Shown piece after piece: positions 9,013-19,445 of a stretch of DNA of 64,000 nucleotides (positions within the stretch are counted from its first letter, which is position 1; every line of letters starts with the position of its first letter). The position numbers and the translations under genes are program-made. The stretch comes from Candidatus Moanibacter sp. (GTDB taxonomy: Bacteria; Verrucomicrobiota; Verrucomicrobiia; Opitutales; UBA2987), in the NCBI GenBank assembly GCA_965215885.1, contig CBDCEW010000090.1:1-64000 (forward strand), in the 5' to 3' direction. The notes beneath the pieces were generated by a model. It had not been told where the DNA came from. It saw nothing but the letters and a program-made list of their open reading frames with translations, and did no database searches.

Positions 9013-9230
9013 ATGTTTTGGTTGCCTACGTGTTTTGCGTGATTGGTTACAGTCTCAAATCACCCGCAAAATTATTCGCTGGTCGGGGTCATGACCTTAA
9101 GAAGTGTCTGTTTTTCCGCTTCGCTAACGGGTCACCCTGCGAAACAGACACTTCTAAGGCTTGACCCCTTGCTTCCAACATCGAACTAAGACATTTGCAA
9201 TCACGCAAAACACCTAGGCAACCAAAACAT
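9013..9230. repeat. nested inverted-repeat element (REPIN/MITE-like)
   Basis: 33-bp IR at 9013-9045 / 9198-9230 (1 mismatch) enclosing a second IR ggggtca..agaagtgtctgttt / aaacagacacttct..tgacccc. Confidence 0.8.
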
Positions 9231-9389
9231 ACAAATGTAGGATTTGCGTCCTGCTTGTCAGTGAAATAATGCGTGCCTGTGGGAATTGGCTCGTCCGCTG
9301 ATTGCGAACTCGGAACTGCGCCCAAGAATACCTACCCTGTCGGTCAACTCAGCTCTCAAGACAGATTCCGGAAAACTTCGATCCTCAAT

Positions 9390-9451
9390 CTTCGCCCGTC
9401 GAACACCGTTAGGAGCCGTGGGCCGGCGGAGCCGCCGTGGGTTTAACTCTT
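9390..9451 (+). repeat. 62-bp dispersed repeat, second copy at 11083-11144
   Basis: Shared core caccgttaggarccgtgggccggyggagccgc. Confidence 0.7.
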
Positions 9452-9654
9452 CGTCTCTGACATTCGAAGGCAAGCTCAGGGTGCTTAGAAGAAAGGTATG
9501 CCCGCTAAACACGCGAAGACACGCGAAAATCGGATCTTCGGGAAAGGGAGCAGCGGATTTCTCTAAACATTGCCCTAAAGAATAACAAGTCATCTCCGGT
9601 TTGGAATGAGAGCTATTGAGGCCTTTTCCGTTGCTGTGCTTTAATCGCTTCGGG

Positions 9655-9736
9655 TTTAATTCCCCGAAGCTTGCTTCGTTTCTAATTCATAAAGTCTAAT
9701 ATCAAATGCCTCGGGGCTTGCCCCGAGGATCTTTAC
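9655..9736. repeat. short double-hairpin element resembling IS200/IS605-type ends
   Basis: Hairpins cgaagcttgcttcg and cctcggggcttgccccgagg; no transposase. Confidence 0.45.
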
Positions 9737-9759
9737 TCCGCTGCCATTCTCGCATTCCT

Positions 9760-10392
9760 ATGAAAAGAGCAAAAGTACTAACTCTTATAATCACCCTTTG
9801 CCTCTCTGTCACGGTCAAGGCAGAGAATCCGGCAGGTATTGTCCTCTATTTCAAAGCGGGAGCCGAGGTGTATCTGCTCCTTGCAGATCATTCGAGTGAA
9901 TCAGCGCAAAAAAGAGGTTGGGCGGCGTTCGGTGGGGGAGCAAATGAGGGCGAGAGCGCGGCGGAAACGGCTGCTCGAGAGACTGAGGAGGAGACAAGAG
10001 GGTATTTTTCGCGGAAGGAGCTCCTAAAGAAGATTGAATCGCAGGAGCCGGTTTGTGATGGGCGCTTTGCCCTTTTCTTTGCCGAGGTCGATTTCGTTCC
10101 CGCGCTGCGAGTCGCGAATAGTGAAGTAGATTCAGAGGACCGGGCGTATGTGGAGCGGGGACCTTACGCCTGGGTGCCGTATTCGCAGATAGAAGGATAC
10201 CTTGAGAATGAGATCGATCCGGCGCACAGGCATCCGATTGATCCCAGATACCTGCCGGAAAGGCGGTATACTGATTGGTTTTGGCCGGTTTGGTTACGCA
10301 ATATTCGCATAGCTCTTGAAAGCAATGCATTGCCCTGGGAACAAAAATCGATCGACGTCGAAGCCGCGCCGGTGAGTTCAATCGATCAGTGA
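9760..10392 (+). CDS. Nudix hydrolase with N-terminal signal peptide
   Basis: Nudix box GGGANEGESAAETAARETEEET; leader MKRAKVLTLIITLCLSVTVKA. Confidence 0.82.
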   Translation: MKRAKVLTLIITLCLSVTVKAENPAGIVLYFKAGAEVYLLLADHSSESAQKRGWAAFGGGANEGESAAETAARETEEETRGYFSRKELLKKIESQEPVCDGRFALFFAEVDFVPALRVANSEVDSEDRAYVERGPYAWVPYSQIEGYLENEIDPAHRHPIDPRYLPERRYTDWFWPVWLRNIRIALESNALPWEQKSIDVEAAPVSSIDQ

Positions 10393-10656
10393 AAGAGAGA
10401 TGAATGGTGCAGTACCGCTACTCGTAATAGAGAATCGAAACTTCGAAAAAAGGCACTGGGGAGCATGAGGCGGGCTTCTGAGTCAAATGTTTTATTCAGG
10501 AAGAGGAATCTGACGCAAAGCCGTAGAGACACAAAGAAGAGGACGAAAATCGCTGACAGATCGCGAGTTCGACCATTTATCGTATTGAGGGCGAAGAGGA
10601 ATCTTTGTAGTCGCGAAAATGTTGTACCGGAGGAGTGCTAACGATGGAGAGTTGAG

Positions 10657-10965
10657 ATGATTAGAAAGGATCTTTTAGGAATCGTCCTGTTCCTAGGAGG
10701 GCTCGCGTGTCTTCTTTTTGCCGGGATCAATTTCTGCAAAAGCTTGTACGACTTCTACAAAGAGGAACTGTTCTCGGATTTTTTGAGCAGTCTGTTCGCT
10801 ACTGGAATACTCATATTTGTGGGAAGTGCAATCTGGGCTTTCGTGGATATTCGAGCGAAGGTGGGGCGAATCGAGAATCTTCTAAGGAGGCCATCCGGCC
10901 GTAATGAGAACAAACGCAAGGAGGAAGAGGAACAGGCAGAGTCGTCCGGGAAAAGTCCGAATTAG
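10657..10965 (+). CDS. small two-TM membrane protein
   Basis: RBS ggag; two hydrophobic helices. Confidence 0.65.
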   Translation: MIRKDLLGIVLFLGGLACLLFAGINFCKSLYDFYKEELFSDFLSSLFATGILIFVGSAIWAFVDIRAKVGRIENLLRRPSGRNENKRKEEEEQAESSGKSPN

Positions 10966-11411
10966 GGTACGATTATTGAAGCGACGAGGCTGACGACAGA
11001 GGCCGGCTGAGTAGCGAAGACGGATCGAGGGGCGAGCGAATCGGAGTCGCTTGGTGGTTCTTTCGGCTTTGAAACTATCGACCTTCACCCGCCGATCACC
11101 GTTAGGAACCGTGGGCCGGTGGAGCCGCAGTGGGGCTAATTCTTGATCCCGCTGACGGGTCTTCTGGATTGCTTCGTCTTTCCTCCTCGCAATGACAGCT
11201 GTTATTCCTGGATTGCTTTGCTTCGGCGAAGAGGAGGCTCGTTCTTCCCCGTTCCGCTCGGCGGGAAGAGCGACGACGGGTCGTAAACCTTGTCGACACG
11301 ATCCCGACTTTCGGACCGCGAAAAGTGAAATTCGAATGTCAGAAAAGCCGAAATCGACTTGTTAATGTACTAAATCATGTACATAATTGTGATTGAATAG
11401 AGCTAAATGCT

Positions 11412-11699
11412 ATGAAATTTCTAAGTGTAAAGGAGTTGAGGGCGCAGGCGGCGCGGGTGTGGCGAGAACTTCCGAGGACAAGGGAGATAGTAATCACGAA
11501 CAACGGGCATCCGATTGCGATTCTTTCCGCAGTGGACGAAGCGAACGTGGAAAGCACGCTATCTGCATTTCGGCGGGCGCGTGCAATCGAAGCCGTTGCT
11601 TCGCTCCAACGCGAGTCTTTAGAGAAGGGGATGGACAAGCTGACGCCGGGAGAGATTCAACGTGAGGTGAAGGCCGCACGCCAAAACCGGCGGATATGA
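11412..11699 (+). CDS. Phd/YefM-family antitoxin
   Basis: MKFLSVKELR...EIVITNNGHPIAIL; ATGA overlap with the PIN gene. Confidence 0.88.
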   Translation: MKFLSVKELRAQAARVWRELPRTREIVITNNGHPIAILSAVDEANVESTLSAFRRARAIEAVASLQRESLEKGMDKLTPGEIQREVKAARQNRRI

Positions 11700-12133
11700 G
11701 AGTAGTCTTGGATACAAATGTGCTTGTATCCGGACTCCTGTCGCCATACGGCCATTCGGCTAGGATTGTCAGATTGGTTGCTTCCGGTAAACTCGAGCTC
11801 GGTCTTGATGCCCGTTTGTTGTGTGAGTATAAGGATGTACTGCATCGACCGAAATTCGATTTTGAAGCCGGTAGAATCGATGCCTTCCTGGCTCAAGTCG
11901 AAGGCTGTGGGATAATTGTCGCATCGAGTCCGTTACCGATTCCTCTGCCGGACACGGATGATGATGCCTTTTTGGAAGTAGCATTAGCGGGTCGGGCGGA
12001 ATGCCTGGTGACGGGAAATATTGTCCACTTTCCCAAGGAGTTGAGACAAGGGATACGCGTGCTGTCGCCTGCGGAAATTGTCGAGTTTTATCGAGATCAG
12101 AGAGGCGTAGAAGAAGTGGAGAGGGATCAGTAA
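11696..12133 (+). CDS. PIN-domain toxin (PIN_3-type)
   Basis: MRVVLDTNVLVSGL...DTDDDAFLEVA...LVTGN. Confidence 0.9.
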   Translation: MRVVLDTNVLVSGLLSPYGHSARIVRLVASGKLELGLDARLLCEYKDVLHRPKFDFEAGRIDAFLAQVEGCGIIVASSPLPIPLPDTDDDAFLEVALAGRAECLVTGNIVHFPKELRQGIRVLSPAEIVEFYRDQRGVEEVERDQ

Positions 12134-12149
12134 TAGTGTCAAGAAAGGG

Positions 12150-13371
12150 ATGCCCGCTAAACACGCGAAAATGCGCGAAAGGCCGAATTTTTGGAAAGGA
12201 GAGTCCCGGCTCGCTGGGATTGCCGTTTGCCGTAATTTTGAATGCGGCGTTGTGTTTGTTGGTAGCAGTTGGACTTCCGGGTTGTGGGGGCTCGGATGTG
12301 GAGGAAACGGCGGCTGGGGATAATGGCAAAACACGCGGTTCTCCAGCGGCTGCGGATTCGGAAGGCAGAGAGAATTATCTCGCTCTCATTAAGCGTAGAC
12401 TGCCGGCCCGAAGCTACGCGACAAATGAGTTGCTGCCTGAAAACGGCTACCAACCCACGCCGCGCCGGGAGGGGGAACTGGATAGGATTCGCATCGGATT
12501 GCCGTGGGTCTTGAACGACGAAGCGGCGCCCTGGTTTATCGCTCAGGAGAAGGGCTTTTTTCGGGAGACGGGACTGGAGGCGGAGTTGCTTCCCGGGGGA
12601 CCGGGCTACGACTATTTGAAGCTCCTGGCGGGCGGCCAGGTCGACGTCGCAATCATCGGAAATGGCTTGCGTCTGCCGCTGGCAGTGGCCAGCCGGACCC
12701 GGCTCGACGCGGTCGCGATCGGGACCTTTCTGAAACATTCCCCCTCGGCCTGGATTGGACTGGATAACGGCGTACCTAAGAATCAGAGGAGCGGCAAGGT
12801 GCTCACCCGGAAGGATTTCATCGGGGTAAAAGTGGGTCTGGTTCCGGAAAGGATGTATGCGGCTCAATATGTGGAGCGATATTTTGAATTGCCGTCGGGA
12901 AGCATTGCGACGATGCGGGGGGGATTCTCCGCCGAACCCCTAATCGTGGGCGCATACCAGTACTACGGAGGCTGGATCATCAATCAGACCCGTCTCCTCG
13001 AAGCCCAGGGATATTACAACTGGACAGCACTGATGATGAAGGATATCGGGCTCGACGAGCCGAGCGATGTCTCGGTCGTGGAACGGAATACCTTCGAGAC
13101 GCGCCGGGACCTGCTGCGCCGCTACCTGTGGGCCATGGATAACGCCATTGTGTATCTGCTCGCCGAACCAGTGGAAGCGGCGCGCATTACGCAGCGTTAC
13201 GCATCCGGGAGTCAACTGAGTCTGGAGCAGATCGAGCAGCGGTTAGCGATGCAACGGCCGCTAGTCACGGGCGAGAATCCGGAGGAACCGCTGCAGTACA
13301 TGGATCTCGATATTTGGGACCGAAGCGCCGCCGTCCTGTTCGAACACGGGCAGTTGGAAGTGGAAGAGTGA
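12150..13371 (+). CDS. NMT1/THI5-like ABC substrate-binding lipoprotein (start uncertain)
   Basis: IGLPWVLNDEAAPWFIAQEKGFFRETGLEAELLPGG; lipobox-like LPGC. Confidence 0.82.
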
Positions 13372-13626
13372 TCAGTCGAAGCGCAGCGGAGACTCTGCTG
13401 TACGGCAGGATATCCTGTGATCAGATCGGAGTCCCAGGAAAGTGAAGGTGAATTTCTGGTAGGAACCGTGCGGCGGAGCGCCCGGTCCACCGCTAAGAGG
13501 TTGTAGGAGGTGGACCGGGCCCTCGCCTTCGGCGTTGCTCAGGGCAGGGCACGGTTGCCATGAAGGTCTACGGAGCATTTAGATCCGCAATGGGTTCGGT
13601 AGGCTGCTAGCCAGAGATTTTATGGT

Positions 13627-13755
13627 TCTACGGGTATATCGAGGTGGAAAAGGGTTACTTTCGCGAAGAGGGTCTCGAAGTTGAGCTGGTTCCAGGTGGC
13701 CCGGGACGCGATTCGCAGCGAATGCTGGTGGGCGGATCGATTGACATTGCGAACC
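13627..13755 (+). pseudogene. fragment of a second NMT1/THI5-like binding protein
   Basis: FYGYIEVEKGYFREEGLEVELVPGGPGRDSQRMLVGGSIDIAN, cut at the palindromic element. Confidence 0.65.
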
Positions 13756-13760
13756 AAGGT

Positions 13761-13898
13761 AAAAGGGTCAGGCCTTTGTATTTTCATATCGCAAATTGAA
13801 GAATGCCCAGCGTTCGAGGCGTAAGCGTTTTCGCGCAACCAGCCAGTCAGTGGCTCGCCTCCCTCCATTTCTGAAAATAAAAAGGCCTGACCCCTTTT
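13761..13898. repeat. palindromic MITE/REPIN-like element
   Basis: IR aaaagggtcaggcctttgtattttca / tgaaaataaaaaggcctgacccctttt. Confidence 0.75.
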
Positions 13899-13929
13899 GC
13901 GCACCTTTCGCGCAAAACCAGGACAGCTC

Positions 13930-16113
13930 CTATGGCCACAAGAGCACGAGGCCTAAGGCCGCGATGAGAGCGAAGAGGAGGAGGACGAGGAGGCGCCGGG
14001 AGAGGCGCTGTGGTCTGCCCGGTATACCGGCGAAGGGCACGCGGTGGGCGTCGGGCGGGAGTTTCCCGACCCGGGTCAGTTGGGCTGCGATGACCGCGTT
14101 GAGGCGCATTCTACCGTTGATGGCCCAGCCGCATGCTTCCAGGACGAGGCCCAGATTACGGGCCCGCAATTTGAGGTGGGCGAGAATGAGGGATGGGAGC
14201 ATGATGAGAAGGATGATGAGGATGGCTGTGTAGAGAAAATAGACTTTGTCGATTGTGGCAAAGGTGCGTGTGATAAAGGCGAAGGCGGAGCTGATGGCCG
14301 CGATAGCCACGCCGCCACCGGCCAGGATCCCGCCCAACCCGGAGGGAGACCTTGCATCGGAAGCTGCCGCCTTTGCGGCGTCCGCCTTGGCCGCGTTCTC
14401 TACGGGTTGATCGATGGCGGCGGCGGTTTTCGCTACGCTGGCCTGGAGTTCCTTCTCACGCGTGGCGGTGAATTTTTCGATTTGCGAGACAATGAGATCT
14501 CCAAGGAAAGTGAATGGGGCAAAGATGGCCTCGGTGTAGCTGATGGGATGGCTGATGACATGGACGACGGTGGCGTTCCAATCGCGCCCGACACTGTCGT
14601 AAAAGATTCCGTTTTTTCCCACCGTGAGGTGACCGTGGTGGCGCGCTGTGACAGCAGCTGCAATAAGGCGCTTGGGAGGTTTGCGATGGGGGTGCCGCAG
14701 CTCACAATAGACGAGGAAGATACGGGATTTCGAAGCGATGGCGATGTGCCTTTTGCGGTCGTCGACCTCGACGCAGAGGGTGAAAGCGCACCCGTCCATA
14801 TAGAGGGTGCCGATTTGGAAGATGGCCTGCTTTTCTGTGTTATAGAATTCGGGAAAGGAGACGAAGTTATTGACCAGCCTGAAGAGATGGCAGTGATAGC
14901 GGAGCAGTCGTTCCACTTCACCGATGGCGGCCAGTTCCCCGGCGATGGCACGATCCTGGACGACGAGTTCGAGGAGCTCGGCCTTCGTTTCTCCAGCCAG
15001 GATGATCTCGATGCGTTCGATCCCGAGCGACTCCACGTCGCCACCTGTTTTTGCTTCCATCCAGTTGGCGTAGGGTTGCAGGGTCTGACGGATTCGTTTC
15101 CAGTCGGATTCAGTGAGAAATTCCACGTCACGTTCCAGAATGGGACGCGCTACCGACGCCCGGAAACGTTGGAACTCACCGGCATAGGAGGGGTTGATCC
15201 CGCGATGTAGCGGGAGTTTCCCTTCTGCTTCGATGCGGCCCAGAGGCATACCACCCAGAACCTCGGCAAGTTCCGAGTCTGAGTCTGATCGAAGTGCCTT
15301 ATAATCGTCTTCGCCAACATTAAGTGCCGGTGTCGAGCGCGGATCGTAGGCTGCGATCCGGCATCGTTCGAAAAAATCGTCGATTTTCTTCCAGAGGGCC
15401 GAATAGATCGAGAACGCGCTCGGAGTCTCCTCCCCGAGACTGTAGACCGCGGCATCGCTCGAACCGTCTGAGGGATGCGCTTTGCGCCACCATGCGACGT
15501 AGGCCTCGAGGGAGGTGAAGAAGCGGTTGATGTGTGCCTCCGTAACGCCCGTGCCTCCAGCCGCCTCGGGGTTGCTCCCAATCAGGTTTGCGATCTCTCG
15601 GATGACCTCCCTGGCTTCCTGGTTTTGGGCGGCGGACTCAGGGATGACGCCGTCTCCATTGAATGGGCTTTGGGCAAAGATGCGGTTCTTGTTCAGGACG
15701 TCGTCAAGGGAGATCGTGCTGTCGTCGCTCTTGCCGAGATTGACCAGGACCCGCCGCGTCGACTCGAGAATACTCCGCCCCTCCGCATCGGAATCGTCGA
15801 TCTGGTCGAGCCGAATGTGATCACTACCGTCAGCCAGCGTCGAGGTGTCGCACAATACCTTGAACGTCCATTCGACGGCGGCAGTGAGTTGCCGGCACCG
15901 AACGAATCCCTCATTATCCCCGTCGATCAGTTCGAGCGTGCGCTGATCGAAATCGAAACCCTTGGTCGGGCAGGAAAGGGCAACCCAGAGGCGTTCGTCG
16001 AAGCCGCTAATCAGAGCCATGTCTTCAGGCTTTTCGAGAATGAGCTGGTCGATGCCGCCGGCGCGAAAAAACCTGGGTCGTCCTCCTCCTCGCGTTGGTG
16101 GATTCTTGGCCAT
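13930..16113 (-). CDS. 727-aa hypothetical protein with EF-hand-like loops and C-terminal TM helices
   Basis: DGDNEGFVR and NGDGVI loops; three hydrophobic C-terminal segments. Confidence 0.85.
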   Translation of the reverse strand: MAKNPPTRGGGRPRFFRAGGIDQLILEKPEDMALISGFDERLWVALSCPTKGFDFDQRTLELIDGDNEGFVRCRQLTAAVEWTFKVLCDTSTLADGSDHIRLDQIDDSDAEGRSILESTRRVLVNLGKSDDSTISLDDVLNKNRIFAQSPFNGDGVIPESAAQNQEAREVIREIANLIGSNPEAAGGTGVTEAHINRFFTSLEAYVAWWRKAHPSDGSSDAAVYSLGEETPSAFSIYSALWKKIDDFFERCRIAAYDPRSTPALNVGEDDYKALRSDSDSELAEVLGGMPLGRIEAEGKLPLHRGINPSYAGEFQRFRASVARPILERDVEFLTESDWKRIRQTLQPYANWMEAKTGGDVESLGIERIEIILAGETKAELLELVVQDRAIAGELAAIGEVERLLRYHCHLFRLVNNFVSFPEFYNTEKQAIFQIGTLYMDGCAFTLCVEVDDRKRHIAIASKSRIFLVYCELRHPHRKPPKRLIAAAVTARHHGHLTVGKNGIFYDSVGRDWNATVVHVISHPISYTEAIFAPFTFLGDLIVSQIEKFTATREKELQASVAKTAAAIDQPVENAAKADAAKAAASDARSPSGLGGILAGGGVAIAAISSAFAFITRTFATIDKVYFLYTAILIILLIMLPSLILAHLKLRARNLGLVLEACGWAINGRMRLNAVIAAQLTRVGKLPPDAHRVPFAGIPGRPQRLSRRLLVLLLFALIAALGLVLLWP

Positions 16114-16200
16114 TATCGGTTATTCTCTATATCGGGTTCCGGGGAAGTTAAAGAGTTAAAGAGTTGAAGGGTGGTGATCAACAACCGGTATTCAGTCTGT

Positions 16201-16345
16201 TCACAACCTCTCATCAAGCCAATCCACATTCTCGCTGCCGTTGTACTCGTGGCCCCCTACGAAGAGTTCGATGCGTAACGCATCCTCGGCGCCCGCCGCC
16301 GCGTATATACGCTTGACGTCACGGTAGAGATCACTGACCGAGTTA
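16201..16345 (-). pseudogene. C-terminal fragment of an alpha/beta hydrolase
   Basis: VKRIYAAAGAEDALRIELFVGGHEYNG...WLDERL*. Confidence 0.55.
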
Positions 16346-16532
16346 TGGGTATTGTAACAGCCATAATCGATCCGGAGCCCCGGGCACCTCAGCCTCTTCC
16401 GATGGCTCCTTCATCGAGGGCGTATGTATCAGCCAATCAAGCACATGGCCATCCAATCCCACTAACTTTGCCAGTGAAAATGGGGCCTCTCCGGAATATG
16501 ATTCCCATTTTTTCATGTTCGCGCGTCAGGGC

Positions 16533-16925
16533 TCAAGGAGATTCGATCAACAAACCCGGCACGCGTTCGAAATGAGCATCGTAAGCGACTAATCGTCCCC
16601 CGGCTTCGAGAGCTGCCGCTGCAATCCAGATGTCATTCGTCGGGATCGGAGTACCCTGTTCTCGGAGGACCTTCACGATCCTGCCGTAGCGCTCCGCGAT
16701 GTTCTCGGTGAGATCAAGCACCGCTACACCCGGTTGCTGTCGGAATTCGGCAAGTTCGGCAAGGTTCTGTTCACGACGCGTGCCGGACCCGAAACCTGCG
16801 TATAACTCGCCCAGTACCGTCACTGGGCGGAAAATCGCATCAACCTCCTCGATCCGTCCCTTTAGTCCTATTGACCCGCGCATCAACCGGCTGTAGGCGC
16901 TGGTGTCAAGGGACAACTTGGTCAT
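16533..16925 (-). CDS. vapC: VapC-family PIN toxin
   Basis: LDTSAY...VLGEL...GTPIPTNDIWIAA...DAHFERVPGL. Confidence 0.9.
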   Translation of the reverse strand: MTKLSLDTSAYSRLMRGSIGLKGRIEEVDAIFRPVTVLGELYAGFGSGTRREQNLAELAEFRQQPGVAVLDLTENIAERYGRIVKVLREQGTPIPTNDIWIAAAALEAGGRLVAYDAHFERVPGLLIESP

Positions 16926-16939
16926 CGCCAGCTATCATC

Positions 16940-17570
16940 GTCGTTGCGATTATTAATTCCATTCGCATAGCGCTGTTTGCCTCAAGCTTTCTGTTCTTTT
17001 GCCAATTTGCGGAAACATGCTTCGCGGCCACAGACAAAGCGAGACGGCCCAATTTCATCATTTTCTTTACCGACGACCAGGGCTATGGCGATGTCGGCTC
17101 ATTTGGGTCGCCAAATATCCGCACGCCGAATCTTGACCGGTTGGCGACGGAAGGGGTCAAATTCCGGAGTTTCTACGCTCAGCAAGTTTGCGGCCCCTCA
17201 CGTGCAGCGCTCCTCACGGGATCCTATCCAATCCGGGTGGCAGAGCCGGAAAATCGAAAGAATCCGAACACGACACTTCATGGCAGTTCGCAGCGGCTAC
17301 TGGAAGCTCGTCTTTCCCCGTGGCAAGCATTCACGGGGGCTCGGGTGGCTCCACCGATATGTCGACGAGGTTTCCGAACCCCAGCTTTTTCACCTGGGAA
17401 CCGATGTCGCCGAAACCAGCAATCTCGCCTATCAACATCCGGAGATCGTTAGAAAGCTCTCGGATTTTGCCGAAGAGGCCCGTCAGGAACTCGGTGATTC
17501 AGACCGTATCGGCCACGGCGCGCGTTTCTTTGACGAGGGTCCAAAACGGCCTGGAATGGACACACTGTAA
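16940..17570 (+). pseudogene. arylsulfatase with large internal deletion
   Basis: N-terminus PNFIIFFTDDQGYGD...CGPSRAALLTG joined out of frame near 17280 to C-terminus AVRSGYWKL...QLFHLGTDVAETSNLA. Confidence 0.8.
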
Positions 17571-17579
17571 GCGGAGGGG

Positions 17580-18767
17580 CTATCCAAACCAATAGTCGAC
17601 AGGACGTGTGAAAAATTCCTTCAAAGCAATCCCACCGGCTCCCACAAGCAAGTTCCGACTGGGTGCGAATTCCCTTTCGAAGGCTTTCATTCCGGGTAAC
17701 GCGAGCGGGCGACGTCCGCTCTTTACTTCAAAAGCGACGACATATTGCCCTTTTTCAAGGATGAAGTCGACTTCGCGATTCTTTTCTCGCCAGTAGAAGA
17801 GTTGTGTATCGGTTCCCTGTATCCCATTGAGCAGATGGGCTCCCACGGCGGATTCGACAAGACGACCCCATCGTTCCGGGTCCAACCGCAATTCCCTGAA
17901 ATCACACTGACTGTGTATCGAAACGAGTGCGCTATTAAATACCTGCAACTTCGGGCTTGATCCTCGTTGCCTCACCTTACTACCAGAAAATTTCGGCAAT
18001 CCGGTGACCATTCCCGCGCCTCGCAACAATTCCAGATAATGCGCAAGGGTGGTCGTGTTGCCGGCATCGTGGAGTTGGCCGAGCATCTTCTGATAGGATA
18101 AAATCTGTCCCGAATAGACACAGGCCAGCTCGAATAGGCGCCGTAACAGGGCGGGCTTGTCGACCCGCGAGAGAAGGAGGATATCACGGGAAATGGTGGT
18201 TTCCACCAGTGAATCGAGTATGTAGTTCTGCCAGCGGATGGGTTCCTTCATCAATGGCGCTGACCCCGGGTATCCGCCGTAATAAATGTATTCGTCGAGG
18301 CTGAGTCCGAAAGCTTCATGCATTTCTGAAAAGGACCAATGGGTCACGCGAATAACCTCAAAGCGACCGGCCAGGCTTTCGGTCAATCCCTTTTGCATCA
18401 TTAAGGGTGAAGATCCTGATAAGAGAACCTTTAGCGGTAACCCGGATCGGGTGTCTTCATCCCAGAGCTTCTTTATGACTTCGGACCAGTGTGGAACCTT
18501 TTGAATTTCATCGAGAACGAGCAAGCATTCGGACTTTAGCTGTTTTGTTTCTAACCTTGCCGCCCCCCATTGTTGCTCGATCCATACCGAGTCCTGTAAA
18601 GAAGGTAGATCAGCTGAGGCGTAGATCGACTTTACCTTCAGCCCCTCCATGATCTGTTGCGCCAGCGTTGTTTTCCCCACCTGCCTTGGGCCGGAAAGAA
18701 CCTGTAGAAACCTACGGGGTTCTCGCATGCGCTGAATCACCCCTTTATAGATAGGTCGCCGGAACAT
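17580..18767 (-). CDS. AAA_14 ATPase with DUF4143 domain
   Basis: GPRQVGKTT, LDEIQ, SGSS, ESLAGR and EVDF..EVKSG motifs. Confidence 0.9.
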   Translation of the reverse strand: MFRRPIYKGVIQRMREPRRFLQVLSGPRQVGKTTLAQQIMEGLKVKSIYASADLPSLQDSVWIEQQWGAARLETKQLKSECLLVLDEIQKVPHWSEVIKKLWDEDTRSGLPLKVLLSGSSPLMMQKGLTESLAGRFEVIRVTHWSFSEMHEAFGLSLDEYIYYGGYPGSAPLMKEPIRWQNYILDSLVETTISRDILLLSRVDKPALLRRLFELACVYSGQILSYQKMLGQLHDAGNTTTLAHYLELLRGAGMVTGLPKFSGSKVRQRGSSPKLQVFNSALVSIHSQCDFRELRLDPERWGRLVESAVGAHLLNGIQGTDTQLFYWREKNREVDFILEKGQYVVAFEVKSGRRPLALPGMKAFEREFAPSRNLLVGAGGIALKEFFTRPVDYWFG

Positions 18768-18905
18768 ACTATTTACTCAATATTCTGAGTAAATTAAGTC
18801 AAATACATAAGTAATTCTACTTTGTGCTCCAATGCGGTGAGATTCGGCAATCAGGATCGCCCCGAATGCACGGCCGATATTCGCGTGAAAGAGTGAAAGC
18901 GGAAA

Positions 18906-18975
18906 ATGAACGGTGCGCACTATCTGGCGGAAACACTTGAGGCGCGCGGTGTGACGCATGTCTTTTTCGTACCTC
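18906..18975 (+). pseudogene. N-terminal stub of a thiamine-pyrophosphate enzyme
   Basis: MNGAHYLAETLEARGVTHVFFVP. Confidence 0.55.
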
Positions 18976-19094
18976 GCACCCTTCGCCTTCGAAGGCGAAA
19001 GGTAATTGGGCGGCAAGGATGGGGTTCGGAACGGTTGGTCGACACAACGCAAGAACATCCTTATAGATAATGAGTTTCGAGCGGAAGATACGGT

Positions 19095-19441
19095 ATGAAA
19101 GAGAGGCTCTACACGGCGATAAGTGGCGGCATCCCAGACAGGGTTCCGGTCGTTCCAAAAATATGGGTCGATCTGGCTGCCAGGTTGACGGGGACAGACC
19201 TGCTCGAGGTGGTGAGCGATCTTGCGACCGCGCTCAGGGTGATCGTTGAAGCTGGATTGATGTGTGGTGTGGATGCGGTACTCCCGAGGACATCATCGGG
19301 GAAGCCGAGACGTGCATTCAGGAAGCCGGCAAGAGGGGTGGATATATTCTCGGTTCCGGCTGCGTCGTGCCTCGTGATTCGAGGAAAGAGAATCTATGTG
19401 CCTTGCGAGAGGCCGCCGGTAGACATTGTAAAGAGGGTTGA
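19095..19441 (+). pseudogene. uroporphyrinogen-decarboxylase/MtaA family gene with internal deletion
   Basis: N-terminus ERLYTAISGGIPDRVPVVP joined out of frame near 19277 to C-terminus GTPEDI..GGYILGSGCVVPRDSRKENL. Confidence 0.75.
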
Positions 19442-19445
19442 AAAT

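Noticed and set aside
9404..9451. GTTAGGA core in the 62-bp repeats as possible attC sites
   Set aside because: No upstream RYYYAAC or attC-type fold.
14044..15210. 388-aa + strand ORF and similar long antisense ORFs (2599-3309, 12157-12867, 26980-27774, 33848-34630)
   Set aside because: Shadow frames of GC-rich genes on the opposite strand.
17580..18767. AAA-DUF4143 ATPase plus VapC as one defence operon
   Set aside because: A sulfatase remnant separates them, and both families are common singletons.
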